64,000 nt of DNA from Phaeosaccion multiseriatum (lineage: Eukaryota > Protista > Ochrophyta, other classes), in the NCBI GenBank assembly GCA_965112735.1, contig OZ218952.1, positions 372,001 through 436,000 of the forward strand, in the 5' to 3' direction. The position numbers and the translations under genes are program-made. The notes beneath the pieces are model-generated. The model was given only the letters and a program-made list of their open reading frames with translations. It was not told where the DNA came from and ran no database searches. Positions 22,801-43,938 of the stretch are shown here, piece after piece. Position 1 is the first letter of the stretch, and every line of letters starts with the position of its first letter.

Positions 22801-25800
22801 AAGACTGCGTGTCTGGCAATGTGAAGCCCTTACCGACCATGCCATTTGACATGAGGGAGGATACTCAGAAGGCCATGGCACTCATGAGCCAAGCGAAGCA
22901 TATCGGCAAGGTGGTGCTGACCAACCCCTCATATGGTGTGCCAGTGGTGTCCGATGGTACGTATGTCATCAGCGGCGGTCTGGGGGCTCTCGGCCTCGTG
23001 ACGGCCCAGCACCTCGCGTCGAGGGGCGCTCGTCACCTTGTGCTGCTGTCGAGGAGTGGGAAGGTCGCCGAAAGCATGACGGAGCAGTGGCAGCAGCTTC
23101 GAAACATTGTCGAACTGACTATCCATACTCCTACTTGCGATGTTGCTGACGCTGAGGCACTTCGGACTTGCCTGGGGGGCGTGCTGCCTCTGCTGCCCCC
23201 TGTGCGCGGCGTGGTGCATGCTGCCGGGGTGCTGGATGATAAGCTGCTGGGAGAGCAAACGGTGGAGAGCGTGACGAACGTGTTCCGACCGAAGGTGCAG
23301 GGGGCGATGAACTTGCACGAGCTTTCGTTGGCTTGGGCGAAGGAGGAGGGGCGCGCTCCTGGCCTTGACTTCTTCTTTTGCTTCACATCCATGGCCGGAG
23401 TACTGGGTAACGCTGGACAGGCCAACTACGCTGCAGCGAATACGGCTGTGGACGGGCTGATGCGGCACAGGCGACACCTCGGGCTCGCAGGGACGTCATT
23501 GCAGTGGGGGCCGTGGGCTGACGTTGGTATGGCTGCTCAGCTCGATATCGTTCAAAAGCAGTTGGAGCTGGCGGGTGTGGGCACGGTGTCAGCTGAGCTG
23601 GGCATGGCTGCCTTAGATGCCGCTGCGATGCCGTCAGCGTATTTGGGCGATGTGGCTGTTTTGCCAGGGATGGACTGGGGCAAGTTTGCAGACAGCTTGG
23701 GTGCGTCCCGCGGCTCGTTCCTGCTGTCAGGGCTTGTCTCAACAGCAGCAGGCGCGTCCAGCAACACCGAAATCAACAATGAAGTGCGCGAGGAGCTGTT
23801 GGGGCTGTCCGCCGAAGACCGGAAACGCGCGCAGGCGAGGGAGGAGCAGATCTTTCGCGCATTCACGGATGTGTACAACGACCTTACAGTAGGGGAGGAG
23901 GACGACTGGATTTTCCCGCGCACTTTGGAAGAGCTGCGCTCGAGCGAGGAGCTCATCCTAAACAAGGCCTTGGACTCTCTTGGAGTTGCACAGATGTGTA
24001 CCCAGCTCACGAAAGTCTTGCAGCTCGACCCGGCCATCCGACCAGCGGATGTCTTCGCGCATCCGTCCTTCTCTGCTTTCTTCTCGTACTTCCGCTCCCG
24101 AGTGGCGGCTCCATTGGGCGACGAGGGGGAAGAGAAGGAGAGTGGTGGGGGTAGTCATGGCCTTGGGGGTGGACATGCGGCGAGGGAGGGCACGGTCGAG
24201 TTTCGCGTCGAAGATACTCCCCCGTGGCTCATGGTGCTGCTGTGGATGTGTGCTTTCGCCTACCTGTCCTGGGCAATCCTCCTACCCATGTACGGCTTCG
24301 TCAGTTGTGTGTTCAACTACGCACAGGACCAGTCACTGCTATTCGCTGGGGGGGTCGTAGTACCCGCTGGATGGCTCACTTACCTCCTCCTCCAGATGGC
24401 AGTTGTCATCCTCTCGAAGCGCCTCCTTGTGCCTCCAGTGAGGGCTGGATGTACAGCGGATAAGATGCAGAGGCGCTCTGCTCAGTTCATCGCTTGGTGG
24501 ACGATGCAGCGACTCATGGGCTGGACTGCCAGTAACCACAGCTTCCTCCTGCGTCGCTCCCCTCTGCTGGTGTTGTACTACCGGGCCCTGGGAGCCACGA
24601 TTGGTCGCAACGTCATTTTGGACACCACGGAGCTGTACGACCCTGAGTGGATAGTAATCGGCGACCACTCTGTGGTGAACAAGGGAGTGGTCTTCAGAAC
24701 GCACGTTGTGGGTGTCAGAGACGTCTCTTTTGGCACAGCTTCTGTTGATGCCCGCTGCAGTGTGGAGCCGTGGGTGGTAGTTAATCAGGGAGGAAGGTTA
24801 CCAAGCGAGCACGCAGCGGGAGCGCTCGCAGAAGTACGGGGGCGCCCGGAGGGTGGAGAGGGTGTGAATGGAACGTCGCTGCCGGCACGTACTTTATCTG
24901 CAGTGGAGGACATCCTGTGGACTGTCCTGAGGCTGTACTTCGTGGTGCTTGTGGTGGCAGTGGGGACCTTCATTGCGTCGAGGGCCCTCTTCAAGCTTCT
25001 GAGTGTTGGCGGCATCTACCCCACAGACGAAACCAGAGCGCTGGGTTTCGCATCTCTGGAAGGCTCTTCAGTGACACTCGCTCTGCTGATGGCGTGGAAT
25101 CTGGCGGGCCCGCTGTCTATCCCCTTCTTCGCCGTCTTCCCGGGTATCAACAGGGGCCTTGTGAACCTCGTCCTGATGCGGGTGCTGAAGCGACACTACT
25201 TGTTTGGAGCGCTGTGGCCTGGAGCACTGACGTGGGTGGTGTACACAGCTGCCATGTGCACCATTGTGGCTCTCATCAAGTGGGCCATGTTGCTACCACG
25301 CGAGCCCCGAACGACGGCAGCCTCCTCATTCGAGGCTCTTCGTAGGGCTTTGGTGGCCGACCTCATGGCATTTACCGCTCGCACTGTGATGCCCTTTACA
25401 GTAGCGACACAGGCAGAGAACGCTTGGCTGACCAGCATGGGGGCTCGCTTTGGCCTGGGTGTGACGAGTTTCGCAGAGTACCCGTACGAGCCGGAGTTGC
25501 TCTCCGTCGGGACGCAGTCTCATCTAGGTATTCCGTCCGCCACCGTCACGGGCATGTTTGAGGTCGACGCGAAAGGCAGGCAGCGCTACGTAACGGACAC
25601 AGTGCGAATCGGTGACAACGCGTTACTCGGAGCCTTCTGCGTGGCGCTGCCCGGTGCGAGCATTCCGGCGGACTGTGAGGTGGGAGCTTTGAGTGTTGTG
25701 CGAGAGGGAGACGAGCTCCAAGAACGGTCCATCTGTCTCGGAGGACAGGGAGGGGTGTCTTCCCTGCCCCCTCCTGTGGATATCATTTCCAGGGTGAATG

Positions 25801-26624
25801 CTCCTGGTGAGCATCCCATCAGAGTGGACGAGCCCCGACGAAGCATGAGCGACCGCAGGCTGCGAACAAGTCCGGCCACTACGACGGTGGGGCAGATTGG
25901 AGGCAGCCCTTTACTGCAAATTGCAACCGGCAGCGCGTCGACGGAGAAGCTCGGGGCATTGCAAGTATTCACCATGTTGCTGATGCCGGTGCTGCAGCCG
26001 GGTGTACTTGCTCTCCATCTGTACACGCTGGCCACGATACTGAGTCTCGCCATCAGTAAAGTCGTGCTGCAGCTGGGTGACAAGAGCATCCTCGTGACGC
26101 TACCGCTGTGGTTGCTCTTGTTCCTTGCGCTGGTGGCGGTGACTTCTGCTGCACTGAAGTGGGCCGTGATGCCCACCCGGAGGAAGGCTCACTCCTTTAC
26201 ACGATCGTCTTTGGAGTTCATTCGCTGGAACTTTGCCATGGCCTGCCAGACTCTCGCCATGGGAACCGTCGTTGAGCTGCTTGCGGGCTCACCCCTCCTA
26301 CCGTGGTATCTGCGCCTGCTAGGATTGAGAGTCGGATCGAATGTGCACATTGACTGCCTTGTCGTTCCAGACCCCGACCTGCTCACACTGGAGGATGACG
26401 TTGTGGTGGAGAGGCACGCCATGCCCCAGTGCCACATTCTGGAGCACGGTGGGGTGGTGGACGTTGATAGCGTGCGCGTCGGCAAGGGGGCGAGGCTGAA
26501 CGCTCGCTCGCTGACCCTTCCCGGCTTCGTGCTGGGTGAGGGCGCGACACTGGATGTGAGCAAGATGGGAGAGAAGGGGTACGAGCTGACACTGGGAGCG
26601 CGAAGCAGCGCCCGCATGGTCTGA
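1..26624 (+). CDS. Giant multimodular type I cis-AT polyketide synthase, 5'-truncated by the window. Exons: <1-3816, 3940-4014, 4185-7118, 7248-7613, 7723-8274, 8431-9004, 9153-12192, 12360-18465, 18623-26624
   Basis: The ORFs starting at 31, 4155, 7170, 7732, 8341, 9011, 12397, 14408 and 18684 join in phase across eight GT..AG introns. The junctions restore conserved motifs: HGK|VLGGG, GRLE|VGTES, LSPDW|RSKTFD and LSLDW|RCKAFD. One +1 frameshift lies at 14411-14414. Stop is TGA 26622-26624. Confidence 0.92.
5121..5990 (+). repeat. Three tandem ACP domains, 339-bp (113-aa) period, units starting at 5121, 5460 and 5799
   Basis: Three near-identical copies of ELGLDSLA(A/T)LELVNWVGEEYG separated by duplicated Ser/Pro/Ala-rich linkers. 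Confidence 0.93.
6150..7760 (+). other. PKS domains: two crotonase-fold enoyl-CoA hydratases (ECH1 dehydratase-like, then ECH2 decarboxylase-like)
   Basis: ECH1: FCLGADL, VNGACRGGG, FAFPEIRRGGLPG (Glu retained). ECH2: FCTGAN, HGKVLGGG, SVYNYGNLPRGVCPG (no catalytic Glu, PksI-like pattern). Confidence 0.85.
8050..9575 (+). other. PKS domain: HMG-CoA synthase fused in cis
   Basis: VGIHAMELYVP, GKFTVGLGQ, GRLEVGTES (Glu), NACYGGT (Cys 8542-8544), FAFHC (His), YSYGSG. Two introns, 8275-8430 and 9005-9152. Confidence 0.92.
9710..11490 (+). other. PKS domains: atypical KS (Cys-His-Asn) followed directly by an ACP, with no AT
   Basis: IAIVGMACRFPGG, DMACSSS (Cys 10265-10267), EAHGLGS (His 10706-10708), NMGNLEG (Asn 10853-10855 in place of His). 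ACP motif AGLDSLALVEMR. Confidence 0.85.
11570..17770 (+). other. PKS module B: KS-AT-DH-ER-KR-ACP, fully reducing
   Basis: KS DTACSSS, EAHGTGT, NVGHLEG. AT GHSLG, HAFH. DH DHAVNNMVIIP and HPAVLD. ER HAASGGVG. KR GGLGALG, LDD (B-type), GQANYAAAN. ACP GLDSL. Confidence 0.9.
17845..24100 (+). other. PKS module C: KS-AT-DH0-ER-KR-ACP, a recent duplicate of module B with the DH His replaced by Arg
   Basis: Same motifs as module B, with near-identical DNA at an offset of about 6283 bp. DH reads DRAVNNIVIIP (CGT 20484-20486). Terminal ACP is divergent (KALDSLG, Ser 23976-23978). Confidence 0.9.
24225..26621 (+). other. C-terminal membrane domain like Pls/PosA (epsilon-poly-L-lysine synthetase C-terminus / NRPS terminal domain): three repeats of hydrophobic helices plus beta-helix
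   Basis: Three repeats, each after paired hydrophobic stretches: YYRALGATIGRNVILD..DPEWIVIGD; WLTSMGARFG..EPELLSVG..VRIGDNALLG; WYLRLLGLRVGSNVHID..DPDLLTLED..QCH..VRVGKGA. Confidence 0.82.
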
Positions 26625-27412
26625 GAGGAGGAGAGGGGTTGTGCTGGCTGGGAGAAGGTTGAAGGAGGGGAGGGAGGGAGGGAAAGAGGGGAGGGGGAGA
26701 GGGATGGAGGGGAGGGGAGGGGCGGTGAGAGGGAGACAGGAAGGAGGGAGGTGAGCGGAGGGGAAGTGAGATGATGCCGTGCGGAGACAGCGCAAAGGAC
26801 TGATGAGAGGGAGGGAGAGAGAGAGAGACGGAAGCACTCGCGGCGGGAGTGATAACCAAGGGTGTGACCCCTGACGATCAGCCTTCACAGTCAACAACAG
26901 TACAGGAAGAAAGAGAAATGGTTCCACTGAAGGGCAGTCCAGTACTCAAGTAAGTTAAAGCCCCATTTCACGGTAGCACCTAGCTAGGGCTAAGCCAAGC
27001 CAGGGTGGGCAGCGGGCAAAGACATAGGCCCTTGCGCGTTGGTTCATGTAAGGCGCCGCACATGAGTGGTGCGAAGTCCATCCTCAAATGGTACTAGCCT
27101 TTTTCTTCTCCTACCCCCTCCTGCTGCCATTCGTTTCGTTCTCTTCTCTGTGTTGCTGATTGCCGCTGCTGCTACAGCTCTCCTCCTCGCCCTCCTGTCC
27201 ACGCTTCCTTCCTTCCTTCCTTCCTTCCTTCCTTCCTTGACTTCCTTCCCATTGAGAAAATAAGCATATGGGCGAGTACATGGTGACGGAACACACAGGA
27301 GAGAAGTAGAGGAGGGGGGGAGGGGTGAGTCCCCTGCTGCTGCTGCTGCTGCTGTGAGTGTATAATGCTCTATCACCAACTGCTGAAAGGCACCCAACGA
27401 GGGCGAGCCTTC

Positions 27413-38280
<10,868 letters not shown>

Positions 38281-39589
38281 CGATCTGTTCCACAAGAGAG
38301 CCCAGATTGAGCCAAGGTGTAAGCAAAATGGTGACGTGAGGTGGTGAGGGTGGCTGGTGGGTGACCTTTAGCCCAAGACTTACTTTTGCGGAAGAAGGGA
38401 AGGTGAAAGACTGCACAGAGTAGTCCGAGAGGGCAAGGTTAAGCCTGTTGATTGCATTTCGGACAAGCCGTTTGTGCCACTGTAGCGTTTGCCCCCAGCA
38501 GCACATCCAAAGGGCTTTTTGCTCATTAAGTCTTGTTCAAGTCCGTTGACGTGAGTCCTCTTATACGCCTGATGGTCAGTGCAGCCTTGGGATGAAGGGC
38601 CCTCAAGCGAACCTCTTGCTGTAGGGCTCGGCAAATTCTTTATGTAAAGGAAGGGATCTGGCCCTGAGAAGGAGATCCGCTTCCAAAAATAAGAGTAAAG
38701 CAAAAAGGGAAAGAAGAACAACCCTTTTTCTGCCAGAAGAAATTCTACACCTGCATTCTCATTGTTTTTTAATACACAGTACCAGCGCGCGCTTAAACCA
38801 ACCCCCGTCCACGGGCGAAACTAAAGAAACCAACCCCCGTCCCAGCTTTTTGCTTCTAACAACTTTAAACCCCCCCCCCAGAGGGTTTTACGGTTTTGGA
38901 CGAGGGCCGAAAATCGTCTTAAAACCCCCGTCAGAGGGTTTTAACGGGCCGTCGTCTGTGGCCCTTTTCGTACGGTGTAGGCATCGACAGTGGCAGAAAT
39001 TTCGGGTATATAGTCTCTGGGTAGTCTTGGTACTGCAGTGCGTAATTCGTATTCCCTCGGTCGCCGCAGAGGCTAAACTAGGCTTCGCAGTGAAGCCCGC
39101 CGGAATCGTGGGCGTCACCCACGTAATTGATGGTCAGTCTTTGTGTCAGGGATTAGTGGCCGCCGACTGAGGTCCAGAGGTGGTCCGGAGGTGGAGGGGG
39201 GGTCCAGTGGGATGGCGTGAGGGAGTGTGAGATGCAGAGGGAGGGAAGTCTCTCGCTGAGGCGCGAGAAGCCTCTGGCTCCGTAACGGCTTCGGAAGGTG
39301 GTAGCAGGCGTTAGGCTAGGCTATTGGCCGGCCAAGCCGGCCCAAGCGCCTGCTGGGCCGATGCTGTTGGGGGGGGGCTGTGGCGTCTGGGGGTGGTGCT
39401 GGGGCTGCTTGTCCCGTCCGTGAGTTTACGGTCAAGCACACTTGCTGTGGGTCGAAGCAGAAAAGGCATAAGAACTTGTACGTCTGCCGCAGCTGTTGTG
39501 GAAAGAGCCGCCGCGGCCGCACGGCGCGCAGACGAGGACGACGGCATCGAGGAGCAAGTGCTGGATGGTGGCTCTGGTGCGGGATGACA

Positions 39590-42215
39590 GCCTACTGCGG
39601 CTGAACGAAAAAGGGAGGCCGCCAGGGAGGAGTGGGAAGTGCAAGAGCTTGGCAAGGTGGAGGTGGTAATGGAACGAGACTTCATGGGTACGACGCTGGA
39701 CGAGGCTGCTCGAAGGTCCGCCGCGCACATGGCCCGGGGGATGGAGAAGCTGCTTTGGGATGAGGGACGCGACCTGACGGAGGGGGATTGCTGCGGGTCC
39801 TCCTCAAGGACCTAGCGGTGGAGCTCGTCGGGTGGGCGAACGATGGGATTAGGAACGGGGCAGACCGGATTGACATAGAGGAGATGTGGGACTTCATCGG
39901 TGTGTTCTTCTACTCAAGCACGGTGAAGGTGTCGCTGGCCCGGGCCTTTGAGGACTGCCGCCGCGAGTGTCCGCACGCACGCCTCCTGAGCGTGGAACGA
40001 TTCAGATTCGTCTTCGCACACCTCTCCCCTTTTCCGGCTTCCAATACTCAGGTGAGGGTGGCACAGGCGTGCGCATGTGAGAGGTGGGGGGCTCGGGAGA
40101 GTGTGGTGAGCGATGGACTTTACGATCCTCTGGTTGCCCCCGGCTTCGATGCATATATGGGTGTGCGTAGGTGGACGCGACTTCCACTCCCATGCCCTCC
40201 TAAGCCAAGGTTCCTTTGTCTCCTGTCTGCTCTGGTACTGGTCACTCCTGATGGTAGCCGAGTGGTGACGCCTGGCACAGTCCAGTGGGTCCGACGACGT
40301 ACTGTGACGACTTTGAGAGGAAGGTGCTAAGCAAGACCCTCCGGTACCTGTTCGACCCTTCCAAATCAAACGGAGTGATTGACGACGAGCTCGTGAAAAC
40401 CAGATCCAAGGGTGTTCCACATCTAAAGCGGAACCCGCGGAAGGCGGGCAAGGAGGGCTGTGGGATGGACATCGCCGCTGAGGCAGCTTAGCTCGTGTAC
40501 TTCGCCGTTAGGTGCGTTCACTGGGGTGACGATGGATCTGAGGGGGGGATGGCAATGCTCTGCTGTCTCTGTGCGTCTGAACAACACTCTTCGGGTCCTC
40601 TCACTCCTCCGAACATCCCCTTCGCATCGAATCAGGCTGGACCGGCAAGGCGAGGATACGAAGACGCGTGTGCGTCCTCCAACACAGCACCCTGGAGAAG
40701 GCAGTGGAGACCATGTCCTGACTGTCGGTCGGGGCTTCGCTAGTGAGGAGCTCATAAGCTTCGTTGCAAAGTACCTGGGCATCAGTGTCTGCACCATCGC
40801 CAAGTCCAACGTCGCCTTCCACCCGTTTGTCTCGGAGTTGTCACTACGCACCCCAAACGCCCGAGGGTGAGTAAAGCGCATCCGATTGCTGTTGGACGTG
40901 GCCCACGATACGCGCTGTATTTACAGATGATGTCTTCTCCAATGGTACTGGCCCTCCCTTCCCTCCTCCCTCCCTCCCTCCCTCCCTCCCTCCCTCCCTC
41001 CCTCCCTCCCTCCTTCCTTCCTTCCTTCCTTGCTTGCTTCCTTCCCTCCGTCCTTCCCTCCCTCCTTCCTTCCGTCCCTCACATCTTCCTTCCCTCCCTC
41101 CCTCCCTCCCTCCCTCCCTCCCTCCTTCCTTCCTTCCTTCCCGTGTTCCTTCCTTCCTTCCCTCTCTCCCTCCCTCCCTCCCTCCCTCCTTCCCTCCTTC
41201 GTTCCTTCCTTCCTTCCTTCCTTCCTTCCATCCTTCCTTCCTTCCTTCCCTCCCTCCCTCCCTCCTTCCTTCCTTCCATCCCTCCGTCCTTCCTTCCCTT
41301 CCTCCCTCCCTCCCTCCCTCCTTCCCTCACATCTTCCGTCCTTCCCTCCCTCCCTCCCTCCCTCCTTCCCTCCTTCGTTCCTTCCTTCCTTCCTTCCTTC
41401 CTTCCATCCTTCCTTCCTTCCTTCCCTCCCCCCCTCTCTCCCTCCCTCCCTCCCTCCCTCCTTCCCTCCTTCGTTCCTTCCTTTCTTCCTTCCTTCCTTC
41501 CTTCCTTCCTTCCCTCCCTCCCTCCCTCCTTCCTTCCTTCCGTCCCTCCGTCCTTCCTTCCTTCCCTCCCTCCCTCCCTCCGTCCCTCACATCTTCCTTC
41601 CTTCCTTCCTTCCCTCCCTCCCGCCCTCCCTCCCTCACTCACTCACTCACTCATTCACCAGTCCCTCCCTCCCTCCCTCCCTCCCTCCTTCCTTCCTTCC
41701 TTCCTTCATTCCTTCCTTCATTCCTTCATTCCTTTCTTTCCTCCGTCCTTCCTTTCCTCCCTCCCTCTCTCCTTCTCTCCTTTCCTCTCCCTCTCTCTTC
41801 CTCTCCCTCCCCGTCCCCACCTCTCTCCTTCCGTCCCTGCCCCTCGCTGTGTCTCTGCCCACATGTGCCCCTTTCTCTCTCCCCTCTATCCCGCCCCCCC
41901 CCCCCCGCCCGCTCCCCCTCCCTCTCCCTCGCCAGGCGTCCCTTCACTACCATACCATGATGTCCTGTCTCCCCACCACGAACACAACGGGCAGGCTCGC
42001 CCCCCGAGTAGGCTCGAAGAAACACGTTATGCGCGATGCACGCGGGAAGCACTCCGTCCTCTGCTGGCTCTGCAGGCAGGGTGTCGAAGACGAGCGTGCA
42101 GTGTGACACGTGTGGCGCCTTTCTGTGCCACCAGCCCCCGAAAGACAACCGGACATATGCGTGCAGCTTTCGTTGGCACAACACGAAGAGGCTAACGATA
42201 CTGCGACAGCCAGTC
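39590..42215 (+). pseudogene. piggyBac-type DDD transposase pseudogene with probable introns
   Basis: EEMWDFIGVFF, LSVERFRFVFAHL, VIDDELV..RNPRKAGKEG, LTVGRGFASEEL..GISVCTIAKSN (second Asp position now Gly). C-terminal Cys-rich domain CWLC..CDTCGAFLC..CSFRWH is split by a frameshift. In-frame TAG at 40489-40491. Confidence 0.72.
40954..41830. repeat. (CCCT/CCTT)n polypyrimidine tract inside the transposase pseudogene
   Basis: Read directly. Bounded by GTGAGT at 40867 and CAG at about 41936. Confidence 0.95.
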
Positions 42216-43907
42216 AAAAAGGGGGGAAAGGGCGGCGGAGGAGCAGAGGGGCGGCGCCGCGACTCAGCGCCCGCAGCTATGGAGAGAGGGGGGGGGGGGG
42301 TGCACAGGTCAGACTCGGCGACTGCATCTCCTCACCCCGGTGAAGCGACGGTCAGCGCCCCACGCAGTGCAGGACCCACTCTCCGCCGACGACAGCGACA
42401 GCAGTAGCGTAACCTCCGCCGTCACTGGCCCCAGCAGGGTCGAGTCGAAATCAACTGGAGCAGCGAAGCGACGTCGCACGGAGCCGCCAACCGAGGCCGT
42501 AGGCAAGGGAGGGCCGAATACGCAGAGGCGGGACGGAGGCATCGGAGATGTCGGAGGGAGCACAGAGGCAGGAGTGGGCGCGGAGGAGGGGAAGCTCGTG
42601 GTGGAGGAGGGCGCTCGCAAAGGGGGGGGGGCGTACGAGGCACAGAACGGAGCGCAGCAGGCAGGGATGGCGCGGAGGGATGGCGCGGAGCGCGAAGGGA
42701 GGCATGGCAGGGGGGCAGGGGGGGAAGCGAGTCGCGGCGGAGGAGGGAGCACACCATCCAAGGGGGGCAGCAAAGGGAGGCGTGGTGGAAGAGGGAGCAC
42801 AAGCACGTCAGGGGGGGGGGGGGGGAGGCGGGGTGGGGGGGGGTCGGCTCCAGGCGAGGTTTCTCGGGCCCCCGATAAAGCAGAAGCCTGCGGCGGCCTG
42901 CGGCCGAAAGTAAGAAGCCTGCGGCTGGCCTGCGGCCAGAAGCCTGCAGAAAGTAGCGAGAAGCCTGCCAAGTCCCCCATTTTTATCCCAGCCTGAGAAG
43001 CCTGAAGCCTGACCACTGGCCTGCGGCCAGAAGCCCGAAGCCTGGAGGGGGCTACGGCCCAGAAGCCTAAAGCCCGAGAAACCTCGCCTGGAGCCGAGGG
43101 GGGGGCAAGTGGAGGAGAGAGTGGTGCCGCTAGCAGAGGGAAGACCCCTTCCGGAGGCGGAGGAGGGAGTGGAAGTGGAGGTGGGGGCACAGTAGGGGGT
43201 GATTCGAGGACGGCGCCGGCTCACGACACTGGGAGAAGCAGAAACCCCCCCCCCGCCTTCTCGCAGGGGTGCTCCTAACTACGGTGACGCCTGCAAAGCC
43301 GTCGGACCCATTGCCCTCGACGCCTGCAAAAAAGAGAAATGCGTTAGAACTTCACACCACGTGTGCACGGCCGAGTACGCGGCTGCAAAGGGGTGACGAA
43401 GACGCGTGCGACCGCCGTTGCAGGCCCGGTGTCGACGCCATGCTACAGTCGTAGAAAATAAGAGATAAATGCATTTTAATCCCCACCCACTGCAAGCGAA
43501 ACGAAAAACCACCGATAAGGGCCGGCCGCGGACCCGCCCGTGTGTCTGGCGCCAAGCCATGAGCGCCAGGGCCCACAAACAGCCCCCCTAAACCCCCCTT
43601 ACGATTACGGCACGCGAAAAACACATGGATTATGTCAACAAACGGGCTTAAAACCCTCCACCGAGGGTTTGACGGTTTTTGAGTGGCCGACGTGGCCGAG
43701 CCGTTCTGCACGCCACAGACGTCCCCAAAGCCCAGGATTAGCGTGAGAGTGAGACAAGAGTGCCCGCTAGCAGTGCTAGAAGCGCTCCGGCGTGGCGACG
43801 GCCCAAAAAGTAGGTACACCACCTCAAACATTAAAACCCTCTGGAGAAGGTTTTAAAATAGTTTTTTAGGGAAAGTTAATAAAATTTCCTTCTCGTCCCC
43901 TTCAAAT

Positions 43908-43938
43908 AAGGGGTACTAATAATGAATTAGTACCCCTT
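43908..43938. other. Perfect 13-bp inverted repeat with a 5-nt loop
   Basis: AAGGGGTACTAAT-AATGA-ATTAGTACCCCTT. Confidence 0.85.

Larger units (their letters stand above)
38869..43852 (+). mobile_element. Decayed piggyBac-like DNA transposon, about 5 kb
   Basis: TTAA at 38865-38868 and 43853-43856. Imperfect TIRs share CCAGAGGGTTTTA (38878-38890) with its reverse complement (43832-43844). Subterminal palindromic copies at 38919-38944 and 43648-43673. Internal transposase fragments. Confidence 0.75.

Noticed and set aside
337-26617. Antisense and alternate-frame ORFs within the PKS
   Set aside because: Expected shadows of GC-rich coding sequence; they recur only because the modules are duplicated.
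1-26624. Bacterial-style operon of separate PKS, ECH and HMGS genes
   Set aside because: Apart from the 14411-14414 frameshift, every ORF break is bridged by a GT..AG intron with matching phase, several of which restore a split motif.
40867-42195. 442-aa PSFL-rich ORF
   Set aside because: Translation of a (CCCT/CCTT)n tract that starts at a splice-donor-like GTGAGT.
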